From: Candidatus Thorarchaeota archaeon
GTDB taxonomy: Archaea; Asgardarchaeota; Thorarchaeia; Thorarchaeales; Thorarchaeaceae
Direction of reading: 5' to 3'
Assembly (NCBI GenBank): GCA_048882485.1
Contig: JBHLRP010000001.1
Span: forward strand, 32,001 to 96,000
DNA length: 64,000 nt
Shown here: positions 30,274 through 40,200 of the stretch, one piece after another
Numbering within the stretch: the first letter of the stretch is position 1
Layout of the letters: each line of letters starts with the position of its first letter
Notes under the pieces: model-generated
Databases searched by the model: none
Seen by the model: the letters and a program-made list of their open reading frames with translations, nothing else
What the model was told of the DNA's origin: nothing
Position numbers and translations under genes: made by a program

Positions 30274-31743
30274 TCATCTCCCCACATATCTTGATAGCCG
30301 CCTGATTCCAGCTGCCATCGCAAACAACACATTAATCCTGAAGAATGATGTCATGCACGATGTCACCCGATCTGGATTCATGATGTTGTTCCGGTCCCAT
30401 TTTTCCTTTGCTATCTTCATCATTTCGAATCTCTGTGGATAGGCATACTTCATATAGATTGAATTTTGAAGGCCGATTGTGTAGGGGCCTCCGCCTAGCG
30501 AAATGCCCTTCTTCACCATTTTGTGAAGAATACCCTTGCTGGCAATAAACTTGAGGTATTGGTCCGGACTAAGCATTGCCATAAGTTCAGCCCTAACCCA
30601 TCCAGGATTACCTAGCATTGCAAACCAAATTGCAGGGACTTTGTGAGACTTTTTGTACGCCTCGTATTTCTTGAGCAAGTCGTAGAGCTTGTCAACTTCA
30701 ATCAAGACCTCTTGAAACATTAGTGTGTCACAATGCTCCTTTGGATTGAATTCGCAGTCATAACGAAGAGTCCACTCATGAGCTGCGTATTCAACTCCAA
30801 GTTCCATGCCTCCATTATCAGCAATTGCTCTTTTGAGGTCATCAATTGGTACCTTATCCGGTTGATTTGGATATACGACGGTCAAAACGTAATTGCCCTT
30901 TTCAAGAGGATTGCTATAGCTCTGGAAGTCCTTGTCTGCAATCTTCAAATGGATGGGTTTCCTTTCGATGGAGGCAATATGTCGCATTGCATTGCACAAG
31001 TTCTCCAATAGGTCGAATCCATAGCTGAATGGGATGAAGTCTTCAGGCTTGTCGTGAATCTTCATTTTCACTTCGACTATGACACCAAGTATGCCATACG
31101 AACCAACGAAGAGATCGATGTCATCTCCGCTGACCTCGACCAATTCACCATCTGGATTTACCACATTTATTTCGAGAATGTTGTCTTTCAGGGCTCCATA
31201 ATAGGGAGTCCCTATGCCAGCCGCTCCTCCACAGCCAATCCATCCTCCTATGACAGCTGATTTCGCACTAGTAGGATATATCCCGATGGTCTTGCCAACC
31301 TTTGCTAGTTCAATATCCAGCCTCTCAAAAGGAACACCTGGTTCAATCCTCACGTATCCCTCTTTGGTATTGATTTCCAGTATCGCATCCATGCGTTTCA
31401 TGTCAAGTGATATCCCGCCTCTTGTAGGACTTGAAGAACCTAGGCAGCTTGATGCTCCGCCTCTTGGAATGACAGGAATATTGTGTGCCGCGGCAGTCGC
31501 TAGAACCTCCTTAACCTCGTCAACGTTTTCAACTCTTACAACATAATCGACAAGGTATTTTCCTTTCCATCTATAGTGAAATTGTGGAAGTGCTGCTGGA
31601 TCGCCGCTGTATACAATTCTCTCCAATAGCATGTCCGAGACTCTATCTGGACTCACAGCTGCCGCAAGGTCTCTCATGACTGCGTCTTCTTGATTCTGCG
31701 TTACTGTTTCAACTTGTTCAACTTGTTCTTCAGCCATAGTCAT
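30274..31743 (-). CDS. FAD-linked oxidoreductase, copy 4 (closest to copy 1)
   Basis: HYRWKGKYLVDYV shared with copy 1, IPRGGAS, GSYGILGVI, NIMNPDR; start 31743 or 31737. Confidence 0.88.
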   Translation of the reverse strand: MTMAEEQVEQVETVTQNQEDAVMRDLAAAVSPDRVSDMLLERIVYSGDPAALPQFHYRWKGKYLVDYVVRVENVDEVKEVLATAAAHNIPVIPRGGASSCLGSSSPTRGGISLDMKRMDAILEINTKEGYVRIEPGVPFERLDIELAKVGKTIGIYPTSAKSAVIGGWIGCGGAAGIGTPYYGALKDNILEINVVNPDGELVEVSGDDIDLFVGSYGILGVIVEVKMKIHDKPEDFIPFSYGFDLLENLCNAMRHIASIERKPIHLKIADKDFQSYSNPLEKGNYVLTVVYPNQPDKVPIDDLKRAIADNGGMELGVEYAAHEWTLRYDCEFNPKEHCDTLMFQEVLIEVDKLYDLLKKYEAYKKSHKVPAIWFAMLGNPGWVRAELMAMLSPDQYLKFIASKGILHKMVKKGISLGGGPYTIGLQNSIYMKYAYPQRFEMMKIAKEKWDRNNIMNPDRVTSCMTSFFRINVLFAMAAGIRRLSRYVGR

Positions 31744-32939
31744 CACATCATGAATCCAACTGCGTTGAGGTAAAATCCTGTCAGCCCGAGTATTGTCCAC
31801 ATCAATACTGCTGGTAGGCCGAGATTACATGTTTTCCACCCAGCGACATGGGTGATGAGGGCAAGCGTTCCAAGAATCATACTGATTATTCCGATCCAAA
31901 TATGCCAAGAGTGAATAAAGAGCATTAGCTCTGCGGGATTAATCAGGTAAGATGGATTTAATGCTGTCCAAGCCCCTGGATCCTCCTGAAACAGCCAGAG
32001 TACATTGATCAAAGTCAAAAAGTATGCCAATGTTAACATATAGCCATGTATTCTGGTAAATCTTTCCTCGTCATAGTACTCAAGCGCGGTACCCAGATAC
32101 GCTAGGATCAATGCAGGAGCTCCCAAGTAGAATCCATAGTGCATTTGAATGGGCGGAATAGCCTGCACAGTGTATTGTAATGGTGGATCTGTGACAACCT
32201 CGAAGCCATCTCCGTCTCTAGCGACGATTCGATATTCAATTGTTGTGCCAGGAGGGAAATTGGGAATTGTTGCTTGGTAGAATCCTCCAACTAGCTCCAT
32301 GGTGACATTTGTCCATTCTATTGTCCAGTTGTCTCTGTATTGGAGTATCGCTGAAACAATTCCCGCCTCTGAACTCACATTAGCAGAAACCAAGACGCTC
32401 TGATTGCTTAAGGGTGATGCTGGGGTCTGACTAAAACTAGAGATAGCTGGTCCCTCGCCCACATGAATGACATTGATGGTGATTGACGTAACATCGCCAT
32501 GTCCATTATTGCCCGCGGCCCATATCTCAAGAGTATAGGAGCCTGCCAGACCAGGTGCAGTCAAAGTGTAATTTACTTCGAGTTCAAGAGGATCTGGGTC
32601 CAAGTCTGGTGTTTCTCCATCGCGGACCAATCCATCATTTGGGATATTGAAGAGCGCATTTTGCTCCTCATTTCTTGGAAACTTCAGAACCAGTGTTGTT
32701 GGTCCTGTTGTGGCTGTCGCTCGCACTATGAATGAGAACTCAGCTCCCTCTTCAACATCTACCGATGCATCTGTGCTCACAGTTATTGCAGTTGCTGTAG
32801 TATGACATCCTGCTAATGAATCACAAGCTCTCTGTTCACTAACGAATGCAGTGGTGTACTGAGACGCTATGATGATGGCAAAAGCAACAGCTAACACAAC
32901 TATAATAGCATATCTTGATTTTCGTTTCAATGCTGTCAC
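31743..32939 (-). CDS. Putative c-type cytochrome (CX5CH) + Ig-like domain + 4-TM cytochrome-b-like domain fusion
   Basis: Signal peptide; CDSLAGCH (32802-32825); domain homologous to the N-termini of 23806 and 36256; C-terminal MH, IHG, HSWH TMs homologous to 15267-15680. Confidence 0.7.
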   Translation of the reverse strand: MTALKRKSRYAIIVVLAVAFAIIIASQYTTAFVSEQRACDSLAGCHTTATAITVSTDASVDVEEGAEFSFIVRATATTGPTTLVLKFPRNEEQNALFNIPNDGLVRDGETPDLDPDPLELEVNYTLTAPGLAGSYTLEIWAAGNNGHGDVTSITINVIHVGEGPAISSFSQTPASPLSNQSVLVSANVSSEAGIVSAILQYRDNWTIEWTNVTMELVGGFYQATIPNFPPGTTIEYRIVARDGDGFEVVTDPPLQYTVQAIPPIQMHYGFYLGAPALILAYLGTALEYYDEERFTRIHGYMLTLAYFLTLINVLWLFQEDPGAWTALNPSYLINPAELMLFIHSWHIWIGIISMILGTLALITHVAGWKTCNLGLPAVLMWTILGLTGFYLNAVGFMM

Positions 32940-33085
32940 CAGAGGCTGTGCAGTAATTGCAGTGCGGCATTGGCCCCATTAAAAATCTTACCTGATGTGA
33001 CGCACTGGACAAACGAGCGATCGAGAATCTTAACGAAATGCAACCTCTTCCATTCATCTAGTTTCCTATCGTAACCTTAGGAGCT

Positions 33086-33571
33086 TCAGAATTCTGGATT
33101 TGTCCACTTGTAGAATTCGGGTCCTTTCCAGAATGAAAGTGTTTTGGGGATGACTTTTATTCCAATCCGGTTTCCAATAGGATAGCCAGTGCCTAGAAAT
33201 CTCGCATACTTGGAAAGATAATTCAAAGAAACCTTTTCGTCTACAAGCTCCATTTCAACTAGCATTGCACGACCACGGATCATCACGCCTTGGTTGTATG
33301 CTGGTGAAAGCGCACTCCGCATATCTACTGTTACACAGACCTTAGTGTTTCTTCTGATATTGCTTATCTTTTGACTGCGCTTTGTGGTTATCAGGAATAT
33401 TGTATTCGTAGCTTGATCCCACATATAGAACATCGCTGTCAAGTGGGGCAAGCATCCTGGCTCAGATGTCCCGAAATATGCAAAGAACCCATTCCTGAGA
33501 ATATACAATGCGCGCTCGGGAATCCTTCCAGCATGTATTACTTGGCTTTTTTCGGGCTTGATGAGTATCAT
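33086..33571 (-). CDS. Pyridoxamine 5'-phosphate oxidase-like (FMN/F420 split-barrel) protein
   Basis: PHLTAMFY, KISNIRRNTKVCVTVD, GVMIRGRA. Confidence 0.8.
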   Translation of the reverse strand: MILIKPEKSQVIHAGRIPERALYILRNGFFAYFGTSEPGCLPHLTAMFYMWDQATNTIFLITTKRSQKISNIRRNTKVCVTVDMRSALSPAYNQGVMIRGRAMLVEMELVDEKVSLNYLSKYARFLGTGYPIGNRIGIKVIPKTLSFWKGPEFYKWTNPEF

Positions 33572-33575
33572 TGTA

Positions 33576-34838
33576 TCACACTCTCAGCGAAGTTGGCTTT
33601 GCTTCTCTCCAATATGTCATCCTCACTGGATCTACTCTTACAAGAACTCTAGAGAGGAAGGGCTTGATTTGCCAGACTATTGGCAATTCATCCGACTTTT
33701 TGTCATAGTATCTCATATATCGAGGATATTTCGTTCGGAACCTCAGCCAAACTCTGATCATCCAGAGTCCATTGACGAAGATTTTCAGAATTCCTATCGG
33801 TGTGATTTTTCCCAACACTTCAGCATGTCCCCGAATCAATACCGCACGATTGTTCACAGGGTTGCGTCTGTCTCTCATGTCTACTAATACTGCAACGTTT
33901 CTATTCTTGTGAATTATCCTATATTTCGCTGACGCTATTGAAATCGCAAAATAGAGCGCTTTTCCATCATAGTTGAAAATCACTGGAGTCACGTGAGATT
34001 GGTTCTTCAAACACAGTGCAACATACGCGAAACGTTCATTCAACAGCACGCTTTCGACATCTGGGGGAAGCCATGGCACAGTTTCCATTGCCATCAGGGA
34101 GAGAGCTGATAGCCCAAGGATTGCCCCGAGAAATCCTAGTAGCCCGTAAAAGATCAGTGTATCAGCAGCAGCAATAGGGAGTACAAGTATAGCAGTTGCC
34201 CCCCAGTAGAGATTTACCGAATCAAGGAACTTCAGAGTTCTAACCTCGGAGTATGCCGTGTATTGCAGTCTTCGTCGTCGTCGAGCCGCGAGGCTAAGCC
34301 TTATTGATCGATTTGCTGCGAGCAATGTCGCGACGAACGATAAGCCAAGTCTGTAGCAAACATCCCACGCTAAAACCCCAATCAATATGAATAGTAGCGG
34401 ATTCCCGAAACCTGCCCCCAAAAAATCTTGTAGAATATGTTGATTATAGTAGACGTATGTCACAAAGAATACAAAGAAAGATACTCCACCAATCAGCTCG
34501 TAACCTCGATTCAACAGCAAGCGGCTTCTATACGCCTCAAGCACTTTTAGCTCAGCTTTATTGGTTGGATTCCTTAAGCGGCGAAGCAATGGCGCAATAA
34601 AAAGACATCCAGCAGACCAGACCACTGTATAGAGAATGGCTAAAGAACCGAAGATGGCTGTTTCAATGGGCATCTGCCAATAGAAAAAAGCTAAAATCCC
34701 AAGTCCCTCGACAAGCACTAATTGTGCGACCACGTCGAGGGTTGGTGGGAGCCAACTGAATGGGGGCACATGTTCTACTATTTCTTCGTATATCCACTTT
34801 CTATCCCTGACACGTTTTTTCTGGTATCCCGAAGTCAT
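33576..34838 (-). CDS. Membrane protein (about 6 TM) fused to a PNPOx-like split-barrel domain
   Basis: N-terminal TMs (WIYEEIV..., WDVCYRLG); C-terminal HVTPV, KYRIIHKNRNVAVLVD, VLIRGHA. Confidence 0.7.
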   Translation of the reverse strand: MTSGYQKKRVRDRKWIYEEIVEHVPPFSWLPPTLDVVAQLVLVEGLGILAFFYWQMPIETAIFGSLAILYTVVWSAGCLFIAPLLRRLRNPTNKAELKVLEAYRSRLLLNRGYELIGGVSFFVFFVTYVYYNQHILQDFLGAGFGNPLLFILIGVLAWDVCYRLGLSFVATLLAANRSIRLSLAARRRRRLQYTAYSEVRTLKFLDSVNLYWGATAILVLPIAAADTLIFYGLLGFLGAILGLSALSLMAMETVPWLPPDVESVLLNERFAYVALCLKNQSHVTPVIFNYDGKALYFAISIASAKYRIIHKNRNVAVLVDMRDRRNPVNNRAVLIRGHAEVLGKITPIGILKIFVNGLWMIRVWLRFRTKYPRYMRYYDKKSDELPIVWQIKPFLSRVLVRVDPVRMTYWREAKPTSLRV

Positions 34839-34907
34839 TCGTCACCATCATGCATCAGTACTTATGTTACTATCGAATTTCCCAAAAGCAATCCATGCTA
34901 TTGGTCA

Positions 34908-36131
34908 CTATTCGTATATCTCTTCAAGCCCATCCCAGGTGAATCCTAATGCCTCTGCGACTAGAACTGCTAGGTCCTTGACAATCTTGTTGGACCCAGA
35001 CAGCGGGAGTTGATCTTGCATGAAGTCCACACATGATGGACACGAAGCGGCGACGACTGAAGCACTAGTCTGTTCAATATCCTTCGCTTTCAGTTTGCTT
35101 ATTTGATTAGCAAATTCTGCATCTACTGCTCTGAGTACACCACCTGAACCACAGCAGTAACAGTTATTCTTGTTGTGCGGTAGCTCTTCAAACGTGACGC
35201 CGGGCAGATGTTCAAGAACTTTTCTTGGCTGCTCATAGAATCCCGAATTTCTCCCTGCATCACACCCATCATGGAATGTCACAGTCAGGTCTAGTGGGTT
35301 CGTAAACTCAAGCATGTTCCTATCTATTAGATCCTCAAAATACTCAGGACCGTACATGATCTGAAAAGGCGGATCGATGTCAAGAAACGCGTGGTATTCA
35401 TGTGCCCACATCTTATAGCAGCCCGGGCAATTTGTGATAACTCGTTCCACACCGAGTTCCTTGTACTTCTCAATATTATGCTCAGCAAATTGGCGAGCGG
35501 TTTCGAAGTCGCCTGTCATGATCATAGGCGCTCCACAACAGGCCTCGTCTTCGCCAAGAAAGGTGTACGACTCGCCAGCCTTGTCCATGATTAGCGTGGT
35601 GGCGATTGTCGCCTGAATGGAAACCCCTCGGAACGATGAAGCACATCCAAAGAAGAAGGCAGTCTTGGCCTCTTGACCCATCGTATCTAGAAGAGTGTCT
35701 TCATCTGGATGCCAATATGACCATCCCTCGACTCTATCCATCTGTGATTGTCCTTGAATGTTCTGGCTGTCAAGTAGAGTCTTCTTTGCCATCTCAAGTT
35801 GCTCAGGCCATAGGCCCATCTTCTGAAAGTCTGACCTCATTAATTGGTAGACCTGAACAAAAGGAATGTCCACTTGACATATCTCTTCACATCCTCCGCA
35901 GAGAGTGCATCCAAAGACAGCATCGCGGAGACCTTCCAGACCTTCCGAAGCCCTCAGGCTTCCCTGAGCAAGCGACCGTGCAATGATCATCTTACCCTTT
36001 CCAGAGTAGCTATCTCGACGCTTCACTTTGTAAGTTGGACAAGCGCCGTTACCGACTTGGCAAAAGCTACATTGAGCACACATATACGGCATGTCTTGAA
36101 GACCATACTTCTCCAGACTTTGGAATTTCAT
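34908..36131 (-). CDS. HdrD-like CCG/Fe-S protein, copy 5 (no adjacent FAD gene)
   Basis: CAQCSFC...ACP, CTLCGGCEEIC; FGC, CCG, CPGC; HDGC, CCG, CPSC. Confidence 0.9.
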   Translation of the reverse strand: MKFQSLEKYGLQDMPYMCAQCSFCQVGNGACPTYKVKRRDSYSGKGKMIIARSLAQGSLRASEGLEGLRDAVFGCTLCGGCEEICQVDIPFVQVYQLMRSDFQKMGLWPEQLEMAKKTLLDSQNIQGQSQMDRVEGWSYWHPDEDTLLDTMGQEAKTAFFFGCASSFRGVSIQATIATTLIMDKAGESYTFLGEDEACCGAPMIMTGDFETARQFAEHNIEKYKELGVERVITNCPGCYKMWAHEYHAFLDIDPPFQIMYGPEYFEDLIDRNMLEFTNPLDLTVTFHDGCDAGRNSGFYEQPRKVLEHLPGVTFEELPHNKNNCYCCGSGGVLRAVDAEFANQISKLKAKDIEQTSASVVAASCPSCVDFMQDQLPLSGSNKIVKDLAVLVAEALGFTWDGLEEIYE

Positions 36132-36255
36132 ACGGCAATACCTCTTCTGTGGGTTCCTTTGAACGATGAGGTCCGATGCAAACGGGCACTAATACTTTTG
36201 CTCTTGTGAGTTCTTGGAAGCTATCGATGTTTGACAATGAGATGAGGCGAATCGA

Positions 36256-39200
36256 TTATCTTCTCCTCCTCAACCAAATCTCAGATATTAGCAGAATCAC
36301 CAATACTGTTCCAGTCCATGAGAGAATTATGGTGAGGATTTGAGTTACAGGCAATGGAGGTGGTGGAACAGTGGGTTCTGTTGTAGTATCTGTGGTCGTG
36401 GAGGTCGTTGAGGTTGTGGTGGTAGCCGCCGCCAGCACGGTCACAATGACTTCATCCGAGGCAAAATTGCCTCCAATGTCCCAGACGACTATGGTGCAAT
36501 TGTAATCACCCACGGCCAGGCCATCAGCTGAAATGGAAATTGATTCTGCAGTGTCATTCCAGAGTCCCGTCTTTATCTCGATTTCATCTAGATAGATCTT
36601 GTAGCCTACTGGATGAAGATCTGAGGGGTTCCAAACAATTGCGTTTCCAGTTTCCCCCTCAGTATATGTCACATTGGGTGGTGAGTCTATTGTTGGGGGT
36701 GTTCCATCCACGACAGTGACATACACCGTGTCATTCGCCCAGTTTGCGTCGATGTCAAACACAACTATGGTGAAATTATGAACACCCAGGGCTAGTCCAT
36801 CCAAACTTTGCACAATGGTTTCAGAGGACGAGTTCCAAGTTCCGGACCTAAGAACAAGCTCGTTAAGATAGATGATGTAGCTCGCGGGATTGAGGTCTGT
36901 TGGATCCCAGCTGATTGCCAATCCCGGAGATCCTTCATCTATCAACATATCACTTGGAGCATCGATTACTGGTAGAGTCGCATCCGAAACAAAGACATCC
37001 ACTGAGTCAGAAGCTGAATTCCCGTCAAGATCATAGACCGCAAGAGTGAAGTTGTGTGTTCCTCGAGGTTGACCTGTAACTGAAATGGTGATAGTTTCCA
37101 GACTGGAATTCCACAACCCTGATTTGATAAGTACGTCGTTCAGATAGATCTCATATGATGATGGGTATGAGTCTGTAGGATTCCAGATAATGCTACCACC
37201 TGCATCGCCCTCATTGTAGTTGATATCTGGAGGAGTGTCTATTGTCGGGGGAGTGCCATCACTTACATAGACCATCACAGTGTCACTTCCTCTATTCCCT
37301 CCGATATCAAAGACCACCAATGTGAAGTTGTAGCTTCCTCTCAGCAGATTATCAACATTGATGGTCAATGTTTCCGAAGTTGAATTCCAAACTCCAGATT
37401 GGAGTAGCACTTCGTCCTTGTAGATTACAAAGTTGAACGGGTTCGTGTCGGTGGGATCCCAAGTAATGCTGCTACCGGGGTTTCCTTCATCATAATAGAC
37501 ATCTCCAGGGTTATCCACATTGGGCGGAGTGCCATCATAAACGGTGACCCATAGCATATCAGTCGCAGTATTTACGTCTTGGTCAGTCACGACTATAGTG
37601 AAATTATGTCGACCTAAGGCGAGTCCATCAATTAGTACTTGAATTAGCTCTGCACTTGAATTCCAGGCACCAGACTTGTAGAGTGTTCCGTTCCTGTAGA
37701 CAGCATAGCTCTGGGGGTTAAGGTCGAGGGGGTTCCAAATCAGATAATTGCCTATTGACTCCTGCACGACTTCTGTATCCTGCAAATCATTGATGGTGGG
37801 GACATCGGCGCTAAAGATGGTCACCCACACCTCATCAGATACAGTATTTCCTCCAATGTCAGTTACGACCAGGGTGAAGTTGTGGAGTCCAATAGCCAGA
37901 CCATCAAGGAATACAACAATAGTTTCCCCAGTCGAGTTCCAGATTCCTGACATTATCGGGGTTTCATTCTTGTAGACAACATAGCTGACTGGATGAAGGT
38001 CTGATGGAGTCCATGTGATATTGTGACCTCCTTCTCCTTCAGGGTAGAACGCATCCGCAGGTTCATCGATTGAGGGAAGCGTTCCATCTACCACTGTCAC
38101 ATCAAGCATATCAACTGCGGTGAACCCAGCTGAATCGTAAACGACTATTGTCAGATTATAAACACCAAGGCCTAGACCATCGACGGAGACTGTGATGGAT
38201 TCCGAGCTCGAGTTCCATAATCCGGACTTGAAGAGAACTTCTTCTAGGTAAATTTCATAATGCGAAGGATGCAGATCAAAGGGATTCCACGTAACATTAT
38301 TCCCGGGTGTGCCTTCGGATACCTGAGCATCGCTTGGCTGGTCAATAGTAGGTGCAGTCCCATCATACACCTCTACCCACACCGTGTCGTTCGCAGTGTT
38401 TAATCCAATATCGGCGACTAGTATTGTGAAATTATATAGCCCTAGACCCAATCCGCTTACTGAAATCGAGATTGTTTCGGAGGTATCATTCCACGTCCCT
38501 GATTTGACCTGAACGCTATTTCTGTAGATGATATAGTTCAGAGGATAGCTGTCTGTTGGATCCCAGGTAACTGACTGAAGAGGTGTGCCTTCAGCGTATG
38601 TCACATTCAGGGGACTATCAATATTCGGCGGAGTACCATCGCCTACTGTAACCCGGACCACATCATTTGCTGGGTTCCCTCCTATATCGAAAACCTCCAG
38701 CATATAATCATATACCCCCAGTGATAGCCCTTCGACTGAAACCGCGATTGTTTCCACACTCGAGTTCCAAGTTCCAGATTTGATTGGAACTCCATCTCTA
38801 TAAATGGTGTAATTCAAGGGATGAAGGTCTGTTGGATCCCAAGTTATGCCAATGCCAGTTTCTCCTTCGTTATAGCTGACATCCGTTGGACTATCGATTG
38901 TTGGTGGAGTGCCATCGGAAACAATCACCCAGACCGTGTCCGTGACCGCATTAGAGCCAACATCAGTGACTTCAATTGTATAGTTATACTCCCCAAGGCT
39001 CTCTCCTTCAACCAATATTGAAATCGTTTCAGCTGAGCTATTCCAAGCGCCTGATTTGATTGGTGCGCTCTCCCTATAGATTACGTAGCTAGAGGGATGG
39101 AGATCTGTTGGGTCCCAGACGATTGTGCTTCCGCTTGCCCCTTCATCATATGTGACATTAGCGGGGCTGTCGACCAACGGAGCGGTGCCATCATAGACTG

Positions 39201-39930
39201 TCACTCCAACCTGATCAGAAGCATTATTGCTTGCTGCATCAAAAACTGTAATAGTAAGAGTGTGAGCACCAAGATTGAGGGACCCAAGCATTGCAGTGAT
39301 TGGAGAGCCATCCCATGAACCACTCTGGAATGCGGCGCCATTATCCAGAATCTCATAACTGCTGGGATTCGCATCATTGGGGGTCCAAGTCACACTTGCA
39401 CTGCCATTCCCTTCAGCAATTATCTGGTCAGCTGGACTGTCAATCGTTGGGGGTGTTGAGTCAGACGAGGTCACCGACACTGTAACATCAAGACTAGCAG
39501 AATGCCCTCCTTTGGCTGCTGCCCAAATTCTCAATATCCAGGTTCCTACTGCTATTGGGGTGAACGCAAACGTAACAGTCATCTGGCCAATATTCGAATT
39601 TGTGTCCCCTGGGTCGTTGTCAAGAATTGACTGGTCTGTGAACGAGAACTGATTGTTGTCCGCCCATCCACTCAAAACAGCAGTTGCTGTGTCACCAGCT
39701 TTTGTGGCAGCGCTTGATGATGATACAACAAGCGAGAATGGTGAGCCTAAATCTGCGTCTACTGTACCTGTCGCATTTGATGAAATAGTCACATCGGAGG
39801 GACTAGTAGTGTGGCAGGTTCCGCATTCAGCTGTAGAGTCAGGCTTTCCTAATGCCGTATAGGCGCCGACTAGGCTAATTGCCAGAACGCAGAAAGCAAT
39901 GATTATTGCTGTTTTCTTAATGGACTTCAA
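36256..39930 (-). CDS. Large surface protein: N-terminal monoheme c domain + 11 Ig-like repeats + Thr-rich linker + TM
   Basis: Signal peptide, CGTCH (39811-39825), 11 repeats, C-terminal TM and RRR. Confidence 0.85.
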   Translation of the reverse strand: MKSIKKTAIIIAFCVLAISLVGAYTALGKPDSTAECGTCHTTSPSDVTISSNATGTVDADLGSPFSLVVSSSSAATKAGDTATAVLSGWADNNQFSFTDQSILDNDPGDTNSNIGQMTVTFAFTPIAVGTWILRIWAAAKGGHSASLDVTVSVTSSDSTPPTIDSPADQIIAEGNGSASVTWTPNDANPSSYEILDNGAAFQSGSWDGSPITAMLGSLNLGAHTLTITVFDAASNNASDQVGVTVYDGTAPLVDSPANVTYDEGASGSTIVWDPTDLHPSSYVIYRESAPIKSGAWNSSAETISILVEGESLGEYNYTIEVTDVGSNAVTDTVWVIVSDGTPPTIDSPTDVSYNEGETGIGITWDPTDLHPLNYTIYRDGVPIKSGTWNSSVETIAVSVEGLSLGVYDYMLEVFDIGGNPANDVVRVTVGDGTPPNIDSPLNVTYAEGTPLQSVTWDPTDSYPLNYIIYRNSVQVKSGTWNDTSETISISVSGLGLGLYNFTILVADIGLNTANDTVWVEVYDGTAPTIDQPSDAQVSEGTPGNNVTWNPFDLHPSHYEIYLEEVLFKSGLWNSSSESITVSVDGLGLGVYNLTIVVYDSAGFTAVDMLDVTVVDGTLPSIDEPADAFYPEGEGGHNITWTPSDLHPVSYVVYKNETPIMSGIWNSTGETIVVFLDGLAIGLHNFTLVVTDIGGNTVSDEVWVTIFSADVPTINDLQDTEVVQESIGNYLIWNPLDLNPQSYAVYRNGTLYKSGAWNSSAELIQVLIDGLALGRHNFTIVVTDQDVNTATDMLWVTVYDGTPPNVDNPGDVYYDEGNPGSSITWDPTDTNPFNFVIYKDEVLLQSGVWNSTSETLTINVDNLLRGSYNFTLVVFDIGGNRGSDTVMVYVSDGTPPTIDTPPDINYNEGDAGGSIIWNPTDSYPSSYEIYLNDVLIKSGLWNSSLETITISVTGQPRGTHNFTLAVYDLDGNSASDSVDVFVSDATLPVIDAPSDMLIDEGSPGLAISWDPTDLNPASYIIYLNELVLRSGTWNSSSETIVQSLDGLALGVHNFTIVVFDIDANWANDTVYVTVVDGTPPTIDSPPNVTYTEGETGNAIVWNPSDLHPVGYKIYLDEIEIKTGLWNDTAESISISADGLAVGDYNCTIVVWDIGGNFASDEVIVTVLAAATTTTSTTSTTTDTTTEPTVPPPPLPVTQILTIILSWTGTVLVILLISEIWLRRRR
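36435..39462 (-). repeat. 11 tandem ~92-aa (~276-bp) coding repeats
   Basis: Each begins D(G/S/A)TxPxIDxP and contains WxPxD.xP..Y.IY, SG.WNSS.ETI, G.YNxT..V.D..GN. Confidence 0.9.
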
Positions 39931-40200
39931 TGGAATGCCGCCTGCGTGTCTTCTTTGTTGAAGCTTCTAAGCACGCTGCCCCTCCAATGATTCATTTATA
40001 TTACAATTGGTAATTTATATCCACCTTTTTGTTTCTTTTATTATTTTTGTGAAATTATCGAATTCATGGTGCTATGAGCTAGATAATTGGCAACCCGATA
40101 AAGCATGGAATTGATAGCTAAGCCTTCTCGCTAGGTTTTTATGGAGCATGATTCCACGACCGTGACCTGAGAGCAGCTTCGTCTCTTGGAGAGAGTCCAC

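Noticed and set aside
36435-39462. CRISPR array or mobile repeat
   Set aside because: The repeats are ~276-bp in-frame degenerate protein domains, not short identical repeats with spacers
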